Assembly: GCA_951804945.1 (NCBI GenBank)
Contig: OX638161.1
Coordinates: 29,388,001-29,452,000, forward strand
DNA length: 64,000 nt
Reading direction: 5' to 3'
Source: Podarcis cretensis
Taxonomy: Eukaryota
The position numbers were made by a program, and so were the translations under genes. The notes under the pieces were generated by a model. The model worked only from the letters and a program-made list of their open reading frames with translations, did not search any database and had not been told where the DNA came from. Shown here piece after piece: positions 51,466 to 64,000 of this stretch; within the stretch, counting starts at the first letter, position 1; each line of letters starts with the position of its first letter.

Positions 51466-52469
51466 TCATGGATTTGGCTTGTTATCCTCAGAGTTTAGCG
51501 CAAGTAAATAATAAATTCTACAGCCTAGAAAGCAAAAAACAAAACCCAGCAAGTTCACACAGCAGAAGGCAAGTTCCACACAATTTGCAAATATACTTTG
51601 ATCTCATAAAACTGACCAAGTTTTACTACATGTCCATGCTCCCTTTCAGCATTAGAAGTGGAAGCAGTTGGTCCAGAATAATGCCAGCTGAATGAATTGC
51701 AAAATAGTGAAAAAATAATGAAATACTAGCAGGCAAGAAATAAAAGAAAAGAAGAGGATGTTGGGTTGGATGAGCTTGAGAAAAAATTATCTTGGATCAA
51801 CTTGGTGGGTGCTCAGTGTGTAAGCTACTGCTATAGAGAAGGAATATTGTCAGGTAGGTGTTTTGTTTGCCACCTGTCACCAGTATGTGGCTTGCTCACT
51901 TGACTATGCAACTCAGTTGTATAGAAAGTAAATGGCAACAGTTGAACATGCCACTGTAGGGTGTACTTTAAATTAGATGCTAGCAAGCTTATATGTACCT
52001 AATATACCAAGGTGGTAAAAACCATCAACAGTCTGATGAGACAGTGGGTCTTTTAAAAGAGTCTCCTTTTCTCTCCCTCCCTCCCTCCCTTTCTCTTTCA
52101 TGGCCTCCATCTATAGGAACAAAAGAAGCAACAAAAGGCCTTATCAATTACATTTGCAGGTAGACTGTGCCTGCTGCCAACTGGCTTCTGTACCAGCCGG
52201 TTGGACAAAATAGCTCAGAGAGCACAAATGTATGTACTAACGTGTGTGTTAGATGGTTGCCCCCAATAGGCCTGTATGCATCTGCTGTAGCATCCAGATT
52301 TCTTCAACGTTTTTCCCCCCAAAGCAAATTTACAGCAGAATGTATACAGGCAGAGGACTCAAGTCCATGAACCATGCCTAGGAAGGGCTTACAGAGATCA
52401 GAGATCTGATCCAACATGTTTGCCACTGTGGGAGGGCTTTTGGAGGCATGCACATGAAATTATTAAGTA

Positions 52470-52820
52470 AGGTAAAGGTAAAGGGACCCCTGACCATTAG
52501 GTCCAGTTGTGACTGACTCTGGGGTTGCGGCGCTCATCTCACTTTACTGGTCGAGGGTGCCGGCGTATAGATTCCGGGTCATGTGGCCAGCATGACTAAG
52601 AGGTTCTGGCGAACCAAAGGAGCGCACAGAAACGCCGTTTACCTTCCCGCCGGAGCGGTACCTATTTATCTACTTGCACTGTGTGCTTTCAAACTGCTAG
52701 GTTGGCAGGAGCAGGGACCGAGCAACGGGAGCTCACCCCGTCGTGGGGATTCGAACCGCCAACCTTCTGATCGGCAAATCCTAGGCTCTGTGGTTTAACC
52801 CACAGTGCCACCCGCGTCCC
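52470..52820 (-). mobile_element. Sauria SINE, full length (same subfamily as the 11564 copy)
   Basis: Highly similar to the 11564 copy; TSD attattaagta (52459-52469 and 52822-52832). Confidence 0.9.
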
Positions 52821-53015
52821 TATTATTAAGTACTAACCCATTAATCATTAATATATTAAGTTTATAATAACCTAAAAAGTTATGCAACTATGTTATCTTG
52901 GTCATGCATCTAGGCTTTTCTAGAATAACCCTGTGAACCAATAGTTGACAAAATCATGTAGATGATCAATTCCAATATTTTGCAAACATTTCTCTCTCTC
53001 AGACAGAACTTAGTA

Positions 53016-53164
53016 CAGTGGTACCTCCGGTTGCGCATGGGATCCGTTCCGGAGCTGCTTCTGCTTCTGCGCACGACGAAACCCAGAAAAATACTTCTGG
53101 GTTTGCTGTGCACGTATCCCGAAGGATATGTAACTGGAGGTGAACGTAACTAGAGGTACCACTG
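53016..53164. mobile_element. Short Tc1/mariner-superfamily MITE
   Basis: CAGTGGTACCTC...GAGGTACCACTG with TA TSD. Confidence 0.85.
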
Positions 53165-53382
53165 TAGAGGCAAGCATTACATGGGATGCAGACTATCTTT
53201 ATTTTATTTTGCAGTTGTAATTACTTCCTCTTCTACCTATCATTGTCCTTCTTTCCCTCCTTTCCCCTTTCCTTTGTCAATGTCTGCAAAAAAGCAGAAT
53301 AAAAAAGCTATTGGGTCCCACCCCCTTTAGAAGTCCAGTAAGAAACTATTGTTTTTTTAAAAACACATATAGTCACCATCAC

Positions 53383-53464
53383 CTGGTTTATGATGAATGT
53401 TGTCCAAGGAACCACATTTAGACGTTATGTGGCTGAGATCCACTGGCTTGTAAACAATTTGTAC
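53383..53464 (-). CDS. MAPT: MAPT exon 11 (82 bp), repeat R3: [27 protein letters not shown]
   Basis: cctcacag acceptor; CAG|gtgatg donor; contains PHF6 (VQIVYK). Confidence 0.97.
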
Positions 53465-56400
53465 CTGTGAGGACAAAATTAAAGAAGTGCACAGAGTGTT
53501 TGGGGCTGGAATTTATTTCAACTTGAAAAAGAATGTCTCCCCAAGATATGCAGGAAAAAGTGAGACAGACGACACACTGGAACCCAACTGGAGAAAAAAT
53601 GCAGTTTGAAAAGCTGTGTAAAAGATTAATTATTCAAGCACAGGCAGAAGGAGAGTTTTCCACCAGAAACTGTGAAGTCAAAGCACGCATTGTAGCAAAA
53701 TCTCCCACCAAAGGCATGCATACTTTTTCTTTGATTGATTTTATGAAATTCAAAGAAAAGTAACAAGGATCATCATATAACAGGGAAAGTAGATTGGATG
53801 ACATATTTTTGTAATCTGAGTTTCCAAAAGCTTTAGAAAAAATATACCTCTCTCTTCCCTTGTTTCTAACATAGTTGTTATTTTAAGCATACGTATATTC
53901 CACAGTCTCAACTTTAGGAATTCATTTTCATTTTAAGTTAGATGAGATTCCAATTGCTGTAGTTATTCATAATAAATCTGTTCTATATATTTATATTTAA
54001 CCTTTCTGTTCGAATATTTTAAGAATTTAAGAATATAATCAGTTGTTCAAAAGGTAATGAAAAAGACATTTATTTTATGCTTGCAAGCATTTTTATCTAA
54101 AAAGATTTAAAATGTCCGGCAAGATCACCACATGTGGCTATAGTCAACATTATCCTTATTGCATTTCCACAGCATGCACAAACTCTTTATCACACCTCCA
54201 GAGGAAGGAGGCGGGAAAGCAATGGGAATGGAAGATGCTTAAGTGAGACAGGGAGAAAGGGGTGAGCAGACAGAGGTATAATCAAATAAGATATGCTATA
54301 GAGAAAATATAAAAAACCAGAAACAGAATTAAATACCTTTTTCTGATGTAAAACTTAAGGTTTATGTCCACAAAAACTGAAACAACAGAAATAGTCAATG
54401 TGCTTTGAGAGGGTTGATTTTTTTTCTAAAAGGATGTTTTCAAAATGTTGCAACAGAACAAAGGTATCTGAAACAACATGGAGACTGAAACCATACTGTG
54501 GAAAAGATTCATTTTTTCCAGGAATATTTTCTTAAAGCATGCATTCACAGCAAGAGTGAAACTTCTGATGAAATTTCATCAAATTCGCTTATGTCTACCC
54601 AGCCCTCAAAAATATGCACTGAATTTTCAGAGCTTCATTTGGATATGATGAATACCTTCACAGAATTTGGATGTGTAATATTCCTTGCTTTTAATGTTCT
54701 ATTAAAAAATAATTACAATCACAGCACAATTGTGACACATTGAACCATTTCGCTTAAATAGTGATCTATGCAGTACAGGGAGAGGAATACTAAGGTATTT
54801 AAACAAAGCATTTCTGAACCTTTGAATGGCATACACAAGCTAGCAAGTGTACAACATGCGCAAAAGGTACAGATAAAATTGAATTAGCGGTTATTGGGTT
54901 ACAAGCATTAATGACATTGTGGGAAGGAATACAATCTGACTAGAGGCAAATGGTATTCAGGGTTTCTTGTGGGCTGTAGGTGGGGCAGTATCTTCCTAGT
55001 TTATCCTTGTGCAGTTTGCTGAAAATCAGACTCGATGTCAAAGTGCCTGTCATCCTCTCAGCCACCAGGCAAATGAATGTTCAGCATTTAGAACTGCAAC
55101 CTGCAATGGCTGAACAGGTTGCAGGGTAAGCCTCTCAGACAACAAGCATTGTTTTATCTGATGGTGGTACCTCTTCCAGGCCCCTGAACTTGAACCTACA
55201 GCTGTTCACTAGGCATTTCATCCTGCTTCCAGTCATCCAAACCAGTATTTTAGAGGTCTCAATTCTCAGTGGCCCTTTCCATGTTGTGCTTGGAAAGACT
55301 ACTCGGAACCATTATAATCGTTTCTGGATTCTCACCTACATCCAGAATATCCTGGAACTGAGAAGCCATCTTGTTCAAAAAAGAACACTGGAGTTCAAAT
55401 GGGAAATCTCCAGTAAACTGGGGGTTAAAGGTAAGGTTTCCAGAGGTGCTTTCTTCCTCTCAGCCAACACCTCTTTTTAAGTTTTCTGGGACCACACCTA
55501 CTTGCAGGAGGCTTTTACCACTCCCATCATGCAATTCAAAAGTTCCCCTCTTGTTAGTAAAGAAGGCCAAAGATGAAGCATACAAGGGCTTGGCCTCAGT
55601 TCTCCAATTCTATGTATCTTATTAATGGCTTTTTTTTTCTTTTTTAACAAAAGTAACTCAAAACAACTTACAACAATATATGACACATACATTAAAACCA
55701 ACATAAAACAAAGAGGAGATTAAAAAAAATAATCACGTCCACATCCAAAGGCTGTACAAATGGGAAAGTATTCAAAACAAGCAGATACCAAAATTCCTCT
55801 GTTGACTCTGCCTTAACTGTAGGATCTAAGTCAGAATGGGTAAAAACATTTCTGCCCACAAAGGGTCCAGAATATTGGTCACAGCCAGCTACCAAGTTGC
55901 CTCCTATCTGTAGAAGAATCAAGATTTAACAGCCCTTTGACTGCGATAAAGTGCCGGAACAGTTGGCAAAATAATGATGGAATAGTGTGGCCACAGAGTA
56001 GACTGTACTAGGCACACTAATAGTCTATAGTACAGTATCTAATCTGTTGATCAGATTAAATACTATTACTACCACTTTACTAGTCACCCCATTGGTTCGC
56101 TCCTTCCAACTTCACAATTGAAGAGGCTAGCTCAGCTCCCCAAATCGAGGAAGGGCACTTGGGGTGAATCAAGCCCCTAGCCTCATGAGGCCTTCAGCAG
56201 GATTGCCCAGTTTGGGTGAAAGGAAACTCTTCCCAAAAGCCATCAAAAAATCATTTAGGATCCATCAGTTTCCTGGAGCAGGCTGTCCTGATAGGTCTTC
56301 CAACCATCCTGAGATCTGGGATCCCACCAATCTTTTTAAAGATGAGTCTAAACTATCCTGAACATCTCAAAGACTCCTCTGTAAACATCTTTCTCTTATC

Positions 56401-58477
56401 GTATTTTTTAATCTGTTTGCATTTGGTGAAAGCTGTGACAGAAGGAGAGACATTTTGATATGCATTGTTGAGCACAGGATGAAAAGCACCCAGTGGGAAA
56501 TCAAGAATTTGTGTTGTGTAGCTTAGTGCTAGAATGAACACATATATAAGGTACAGGGTGGGGAAATAGATAGGAAAAAGTATCAGGAGAGACCACACAA
56601 ACAGGCACCTGTTTTCTCTGCCTTTGTTCTATAGTAGACCCTTCTTGCATATGCATCTCAGGAGGTTCTTCAACTCAACCTTGTCACAAAACGTGCATCC
56701 TGTCTTCCTAGTTCAGCACATCTTAAGCATAGATCAGTAAAAATCTGCTTATATTTGGTATAGAAGTCAGCTCAACTCTGTATTTTGCTAGGCAAACTGT
56801 CTTCATCTGAGAGCACATTTCCATCTTGCCTGCCAAGGTCAATAGGTTAGACTTAATGTGTACTAGATAGAAATGCAGTAATTGTTTTGCACAGAATCCA
56901 CACCCAGTATCATAGCACAGGGAAGTAATGATACCTATAAACCTATTAATCACTGTGAATCAGATCTAAAACTTTTCAAGACCCAAGTGTCTTTGTAATG
57001 TCTGAATTGCTCCAAATAAATCACATGGACTTCTCACATAAATCCCAAAGAAGCATTTTCAATAAAAGGGTGATCCAATTTGTCCATGTTTTGTAAACAA
57101 ATAAGTCTTTGCTCTCTGACTCTAAAAATAGAACAAGAACGCCATTCCATTGCCTTTGACACCAACCCCCAGGATGGTGTATTGCAGTACTATTTTGGTG
57201 TTTACTATCTCATATGTCAGGTGTCTTTTTTTTCAGATTGACACTGAAGAAAACTTTCCCCTACTTAAGAACACTTTTGGGTTTTGCTTCGGGATATTGC
57301 AAATTTAGCCGAAGCTCACATAAACCTCCATCACTAGGTGAGTTTATATACATTCATTTTAAATTACAATGAGGTTTACAAAAATTAAGATAAGTAAAAT
57401 AATAAATACACTTTATTATGCAGGGTGTGGTAGCCTCGGACTATAGCTCTCATCAGCTTCACACAGCACAGCAAATGCCCACAGAGCACTGAACAGATGG
57501 CTTAGAATAAAAGCACTAAGCACTAGTTCCTGTGCCTGAACACTAGGGGGTTATTCAACTAAGCTTTACTCAGAGTAGATCCACTGAAATTAATGAACGC
57601 GACTAAGCTAGAATTGACTATACAAATAGCAGTGCTGTTGCAATTTTCTTTCCTCTTCCAAATGCTAGTTACTGAAAGATCTTCCTCCAAATTTGAAAAA
57701 GGCAAAAAGGATTTTTTAATCCGCAATGAAAATACATCATGGCTTCCTCTAAGCATGATTTATAAAAGAAATGGCAGAAAAAAATTGGGAATGCCAACAT
57801 TAAAGGCATAATATACCGGTACTTTTGCAGGTTCCTTATGTAATGTGGAAATCCAGTCTCCAAGTACAAGTGCCCATGCAACATCTGCCTTCATCTAAGC
57901 CCTCTGTGCACTCCTTTTCTTCCCCAGCTACTCTTTGCAATATTCACAAACCGTACAAACAATTCTGATGTGCAAACTTATTTGGAGATGGCCAACTTTG
58001 CTAAAAAGCCTTCCTAACTTATAGGGCACCTATAGATAGGTACATTAAACAGTACAACAGCAAGCTGGCCTAAGTGCAACGCATAATGTGTTCCTTACTA
58101 ATCTTGAATGGAGCTATAGCCCTTGAAAGCATTTCAGGTTTTCTTTTTAAAATATAAATTTGTTTATAAAAGCTAGTTCAAGATGAAATGTATCCACTGC
58201 AGACTAGTGCATAAAATAAACCCTGCTGTTCTGATATGTCCCACAATTATCTTGGCTGACAAAACAACATGGAAACATCAACATAAGGAATGTGGTAGGA
58301 TACAGTCATACCAACACCAAGTCAAAAGAGTCAAATTGTTTAAACAAGGCAAACCAATACACCAAACTAATTTGAGCACGTTATGTACACTTGTGAAAGT
58401 ATGTGGAACTTGTTCTGAACACAGGCTGTAAGCCTTGTACATATCCCTTATTGTTTTGAAAAACATACCGGGTGACA

Positions 58478-59062
58478 TTGAGAGGATGCTCATCTGATTT
58501 GCAGATGACACAAAACTGTGATGGGTAGCTAATGCTACAGAAGACAATTGGGATTCAAGATGACCTTAACAGATTGGAGAACTGGGCCCAGACTAACAAA
58601 ATGAATTTCAATAGGGACAAATGTAAGGCTCTACACAGGCAGGAAGAAACAGCTGCACAGATATAAAATGGGAGACACCTGGCTTCATAGTACGTATGAA
58701 AAGGATTTAGAGATCTTAGCCTGGAAAAAAGGAGACTGGGAGGAGAGATGCTAGCCATTTTCAAATATCTAAAGGGCTGTCACATGGAAGACGGAGCAAG
58801 CTTCTTTTCTCCTGCTTCGGAGGGTAGGACCTGAATCAATATCTTCAAGTTACAAGAAAGGAGTTTCTAACTAGACACCAGGGAGAACTTTATTATGGTT
58901 AGGGATGTTCGACAGTGGAACAGACTCCCTGAGAAGGTGGTGGACCTTCCTTGGAAGTTTTAAAGCAGAGGCTGGATGGTCATCTGTCATGGATGCTTTA
59001 GCTGAAATTTTTGAATTGCCAGGGGTTGGACTAGATGACTCTCAGGGTCTCAAGTCTATGAT
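58478..59062 (+). mobile_element. CR1 LINE 3' fragment with internal deletion
   Basis: Degenerate RT motif FADDTKL (58498-58518) and CR1 3' tail. Confidence 0.85.
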
Positions 59063-59111
59063 TGCATGACATATTCTTTGATTTGTCTGTGTCAAGCACA
59101 TGACTGCATTA

Positions 59112-59474
59112 AAGGTAAAGGTAAAGGTACCCCTGCCCGTACGGGCCAGTCTTGACAGACTCTGGGGTTGTGCGCCCATCTCACTTAAGAGGCCTGGGGC
59201 CAGCGCTGTCCGGAGACACTTCCGGGTCACGTGGCCAGCGTGACATCGCTGCTCTGGCGAGCCAGAGCCGCACACGGAAACGCTGTTTACCTTCCCGCTG
59301 GTAAGCAGTCCCTATTTATCTACTTGCACCCGGAGGTGCTTTCGAACTGCTAGGTTGGTAGGCGCTGGGACCGAGCAGCGGGAGCGCACCCCGCCGCAGG
59401 GATTCGAACTGCCGACCTTTCGATCGGCAAGTCCTAGGCGCTGAGGCTTTAACCCACAGCGCCACCTGCGTCCC
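59112..59474 (-). mobile_element. Sauria SINE, full length (second subfamily)
   Basis: (ACCTTT)3 tail; 15-bp TSD cacatgactgcatta (59097-59111 and 59478-59492). Confidence 0.9.
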
Positions 59475-60669
59475 TGTCACATGACTGCATTACATGCGCC
59501 TAAATGTTTGACCTGGAAGCTCAAATTCCAGCACCTTCAAAACTCAGCCTTTAGAAAGGCATTTTTCTTCTTGTTTGCAGAGGAATGCTTAGAAACCAGA
59601 GTTGGGCTGGGCTGGTGTGCCAGTGATCAGCAGACAGAGCTTGTGTGTCATGTGCTTACTCTCAATTTTCCCTCCTTCTAATAGCAAACTTAGAAATGGA
59701 GCCAGAAGAAGAGGACCACTGAGAGACAACAAAGAGGTACCAGTCTGCTTAAGAGAATCCTGAAGTTCATAGAAGTACAAAAGAAAACCATTTTTCTAAC
59801 CCAATTGGAACAGTAAGCAACAAGTATGTTAGGTTCACCAGAACCTATTGAACATTGCATATCAGTTGTAAAAACAAAAAATCACAAAGTGCAGGGGAAG
59901 AGTGAATTGGCTTGCTTGAGCCCCTAACAGCTTATACTGTTTTGGAGGAAAGCATCATGGCTGGAAATCTGGACAAGAGAATTCCTATTAGGTAATAATA
60001 TCCTGCAACATTTTGTTGCAAGACCCTCCTGTATCCTATATATACCAGTTCTCCCCTACCCCCTCAATTCTACTATATAAACACTAAACACTTTCCTTTT
60101 CTGCCTTTCCCTCTGCTCCCAAAATCCTCACTAAAAATAATAAAATTTCCCTGAAAACTCATATCATGGAAGCAAAATAAATTCTGCAAAGTAAGCCTAA
60201 GGGAAATGATTCATTATTTTATCTAATTTGCATATTTTATTTTGAGGAAACAAGGAACATGTGCTTCCTTGATGAAGAATTTGGATTTTTTTTTAATGCT
60301 GATTATATGTGTCCATGAACACACCACACTTTTAATCAGCTTTCCATTTGCAATACACTCTGCACCTTCATTTTCCATCAACTATCTGAGTCAGAAAGGA
60401 TAATTTCTGGGGTAATTTGAACACTATGTATTGAGAAGGCAGCCACTTAAATAATATTGCCTCCAATTCAATACCCAATTAGCTCAGTGCACATCCCCAT
60501 ACAGCTAACTCTGCTGGAGCTTTAATCAAGCCATATTTTCACTGGTAACAGGTTAATTCACTACACATCATCAATAGCTATCTGACTGTGCAGACAGCAT
60601 TGGTGTTTCAGGGTTAATGCAAAAGTCATGCCACTTATAATAAGTTAGATTATTATAGTGCATTGAATG

Positions 60670-60687
60670 GTGTGAAGGTACTCACAC
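60670..60687 (-). promoter_or_regulatory. Tau exon 10 5' splice-site stem-loop (GTGTGA-GTACCT-TCACAC)
   Basis: Perfect 6-bp stem covering the donor site, the same as the known human splicing-regulatory hairpin. Confidence 0.8.
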
Positions 60688-60778
60688 TGCCTCCTCCTGG
60701 GGTATGTTTGATATTATCCTTTGATCCACACCTGGATTGGACATGGCTAAAGTTCAGCTTCTTATTAACCACCTGCAC
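60686..60778 (-). CDS. MAPT: MAPT exon 10 (93 bp), repeat R2: [31 protein letters not shown]
   Basis: ttttctggctatcaaag acceptor; AGT|gtgagt donor; 31 codons, phase 0/0 (the 3R/4R cassette exon). Confidence 0.97.
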
Positions 60779-61378
60779 CTTTGATAGCCAGAAAAAGAAT
60801 ATGAGTGACAACCGCTGCCATCCACAATTATCCTTTCGAGTAGAGAGATCTTTTGCATTTTGTACCAGTCATCTAAGACAAAGAAAGAAGCAAGGGACTT
60901 TCCCCTTGGGGCAAATGCCAGTTCCTTGCTTTGAAGATGAAGCTTCAAATTTCAGCTTACGCAGTGGCAAACGTCCTACAGTCAGGCCTGAAATTAGTGC
61001 AGTGCTTAAAAGAACAAACAAAAACAAAACAAAATCATGACATAGGCTGCCCCATTTCTAACACAGAGATATTTGTCCCAGCACAGGACTGCAACAAAGT
61101 GTGTATATGAACAATATAAAGTAAAACCAAAGCAACTATATTTGCTTATTGGTTGGAGAGCCAGGGCTAATTACTGTTAAGGGTGGTATATAATAAATGC
61201 AGTTAATGGCTCTCTGATCTGCTATGTTCATTGGCATGGTAAATGCTGCTAGGATAATCATATTCACCTCCTAGTCGTTGCTAGCACCACAGAATAACCA
61301 TTATATTTGGAAGCACGTCAAACTTTCACCAGACTTTAAAAAGGGTTGTCAATCTGAAAGCACCTGAACTCAACTGTT

Positions 61379-61380
<2 letters not shown>

Positions 61381-61414
<34 letters not shown>

Positions 61415-61436
61415 CCTCCCTCCCTCCCTCCCTCCC
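61381..61436. repeat. (TC)n(CCTC)n polypyrimidine microsatellite
   Basis: Direct reading. Confidence 0.9.
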
Positions 61437-64000
61437 TGAAAGCCTCATTCAGAACTGCAACAGAGTTTCCACACATCAGGGAATTTACTACTTTCTGTGT
61501 GTTTATCTCCCATTATGTCCTGTCTACACAAGTGGGCATGGCATAGACATGTGGCTGGAGAAGCAAATATTTAACACAACAAGCCATTTTAAATCAATTC
61601 TAATACCATTTTTAAAAACTGTGCTTCAGTGCTTTTAAAATTTCAACAGTATTACATAATTACTGTAAAAAAATAATGCTTAAAACTAGAACAAAAATAT
61701 TTTAAAGTGAGCATGGGGGCAGTGATCAATAGTGATAAAATGGCACTAAATACAAATATTCAAATAACATGCATGTTTTTTAAAACTTTTTTTTAAAGTT
61801 GCATTAAAACCCATTTTAAGTTGAAGCAATATTATACTAATGTTTTTTTAAAAAATAAAGGAGAAACAGTGCTAATTTAAAAAGAGATCCCCACCCATCA
61901 ATGACTCCTATCAAAAAGGTAATAATGAAGTGTACCAAAGTACAGATGCAGACAGACAGGCCTGCCTGCCTAATACAACATTGCAAACATCAAAACCATA
62001 CCTTAAAAAAATATGACAAGAATAATGCTAAGGTGATTTACACTTGCTGGATTTTCCATAGTCTGAGGAAAGACGGTGGAAACACAAGAGTTACAAGATT
62101 TGATGACATTATGTTGCTCCTCTGTAAAAAGTAAGTGAAAAAAGCACACTCTAAAACCTGATGCTGAGCACCCAGTCAAGTAATCTGGGTAATTTGTGGG
62201 TGGTGTTTACATTTGCAATAATGGTTACCACTCTATCTACTTACTGTATTTCTTATTCACCCTTCACCATAAAGCCCCAGGGCAGGTTAAAACAACATTA
62301 AGATAAAGCCAAATAAAACCACCAACCCCTAACAGTCATACATTAATTAACAATTTCAAGGCAGGTCATAAAGACAAGCAAGCTATGACCAGTAAGCTAA
62401 GAACGTCCCTTAGCTACAGACTACTCATATTGTTTTGCAGATACAGAATATTTAGGTCTGGCAATTGTTGCATCAGTACAGGGAATGGGACAAACCATAG
62501 ATCCCTAAATTACCCTGGGCTGCAGCAGCCTCATAATAATCCAGCCCTTTAGTTTAGAGCAACCCTTCAAAGAATGACTATATATTGTAGTAGCACTAGA
62601 AGAAGCCCACAACTAGATAGAAATTACTTATCAGCAACACAGTACTGCAGCAAACTGAAGATGTGGCTTCAGATTCTGTGCCCTTCTGTGGGCCTAATTC
62701 CATGTCACTTAACTTTCTTCCTTCCTTTCTGTAAATCTCTATGCAAGAGAATGGAACTAGTGAGTGTGGCTATTGATAAAGAAGCCTTATAGTTTTGCTG
62801 AAAGATATTTGTCCTTTAGAAGAAGGGAGAATAATACAACTATCTTCCCCACATTAGCCCCCAACATGCCTTCATGTAGGAGAAGGGCCACAGATCAGTG
62901 ACAGATCATCTGCTTTGCATGCACAAGGTCCCCAGTTCAAACTCAGAAATCTCTAGGTATGGGCCTAATGGTGTCAGTTCCTAAGGCAAGGATTGCGGTC
63001 TCTTTCTCCCCAGTGCTTGGGGAGAGGAGTGAAGCAGCCAAGATTAGCATTTTGAATTGAGCAGGGAAATTTACTGGTGGCCAATGAAGTCATGTCAGAA
63101 TTGGTGTAATGAGCTAAGTCCAAAGGCAGCTTCCAAAGGCAACCCCACATATAACACATTGCAGGAACCCTAGAAGTTATCAGAAGTTAGGCTATCCTTG
63201 TCCAGATAAGGGCGTAGCTGAGCCACCCGCCAAAGCGGATGGAAGGCCTACATGGCACCAGGCCATTGATAATGCCTCTTTCTTACCTAGATGGAGAATA
63301 GTGTGTATAAAAACTAGTCTCCTGCACAAAGGTAACATTTAAATGCATTGCTCTGCTCACTTTTGCCTCTGGCCCTGATTATCACTGATATGTGGCCCAG
63401 AAAGGAATGTTATCCTCAAGCTAAAAAAGGTTCTTCAGCCCTGGGCTGAAGGAAGATTATCTCTCAGCCCCCTGCACAAGCCTCTTCCAAACACAGCAGG
63501 TGTTCTAGCAGTGAAAGTTGTCGACATAGATAAACCTAGCTTAAGGATTTGCCAAGTGACGTGTATACCATGTCTATTCTCCTTTCACATGTTGGTTGGG
63601 TACAGCACAGCTGTATCTAACCATGCACATAGCACTTTTCCTCACCACTGTGAGTCAGTGATTCTATATGACTTTTAAATACATGTCACCCCAGCTCCAA
63701 TCTTGGTAAGAGTGTTCCATACATACTCCATTTGCTCTATCTGCTCAGATTCCATGTGCTTTCTAACCCTTACTTAGTTTGTACAAATGCACTTTGAGCA
63801 CAGGGTGATCTGAAAGATGAAACTTCTTCTTTCTGAACAGAGATATGGTGAGGTTGGAACCAAAAAACAGAACTTTGGCAAGTAATGTAACATGGAATGG
63901 AGAAGATTGAGCCCATTCACTACTTTGTAGTACAGTGGTTCTCAAACTATAGAAAAGGCCCTCAGGGAAGTGCAAGATATCTGGGACAGAAGACAGAGTT

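Noticed and set aside
55150-55907. Possible extra tau exons in intron 10 (55907-55789 and 55549-55151) or a fifth repeat like that reported for chicken tau
   Set aside because: No KXGS or PGGG motif; the first segment is 119 nt (frameshifting) and the second has four in-frame stops. No extra repeat exon was seen in the window, though one could lie beyond 64000.
60800-64000. Saitohin (STH)-like nested gene in MAPT intron 9
   Set aside because: Only the 3' end of intron 9 is present, no matching ORF is recognisable, and STH is primate-restricted.

Overview
Vertebrate genomic DNA, almost certainly a squamate. The Sauria-SINE subfamilies suggest a lacertid lizard such as Podarcis (inference). 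The window is orthologous to the human 17q21.31 KANSL1/MAPT junction. On the + strand are 13 coding exons of KANSL1 (human-numbered exons 3-15, 9141-38815, all GT-AG with consistent phases; WIN motif and PEHE region present) and a ~2 kb 3'UTR. On the - strand, tail-to-tail, are MAPT (tau) exons 10-13 (60778-46213; repeats R2-R4 and the C-terminus) and a ~4.8 kb 3'UTR ending near 41410. Introns hold Sauria SINEs, CR1-tailed tRNA SINEs, CR1 fragments, TA-flanked Tc1/mariner-superfamily MITEs, hAT MITEs with 8-bp TSDs (two nested) and microsatellites. There is one 128-N gap. Most ORFs in the track are noise or antisense shadows of exons. I found no convincing wholly new gene system. The best leads are splicing and RNA-level: a 153-codon in-frame open stretch between two acceptors ahead of KANSL1 exon 5, a candidate stop-containing microexon just upstream of tau exon 10, a human-identical exon-10 donor hairpin, a (CAG)4 tandem acceptor, and lineage-specific tau substitutions. 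Comparisons with human sequence are from memory and need alignment to confirm.
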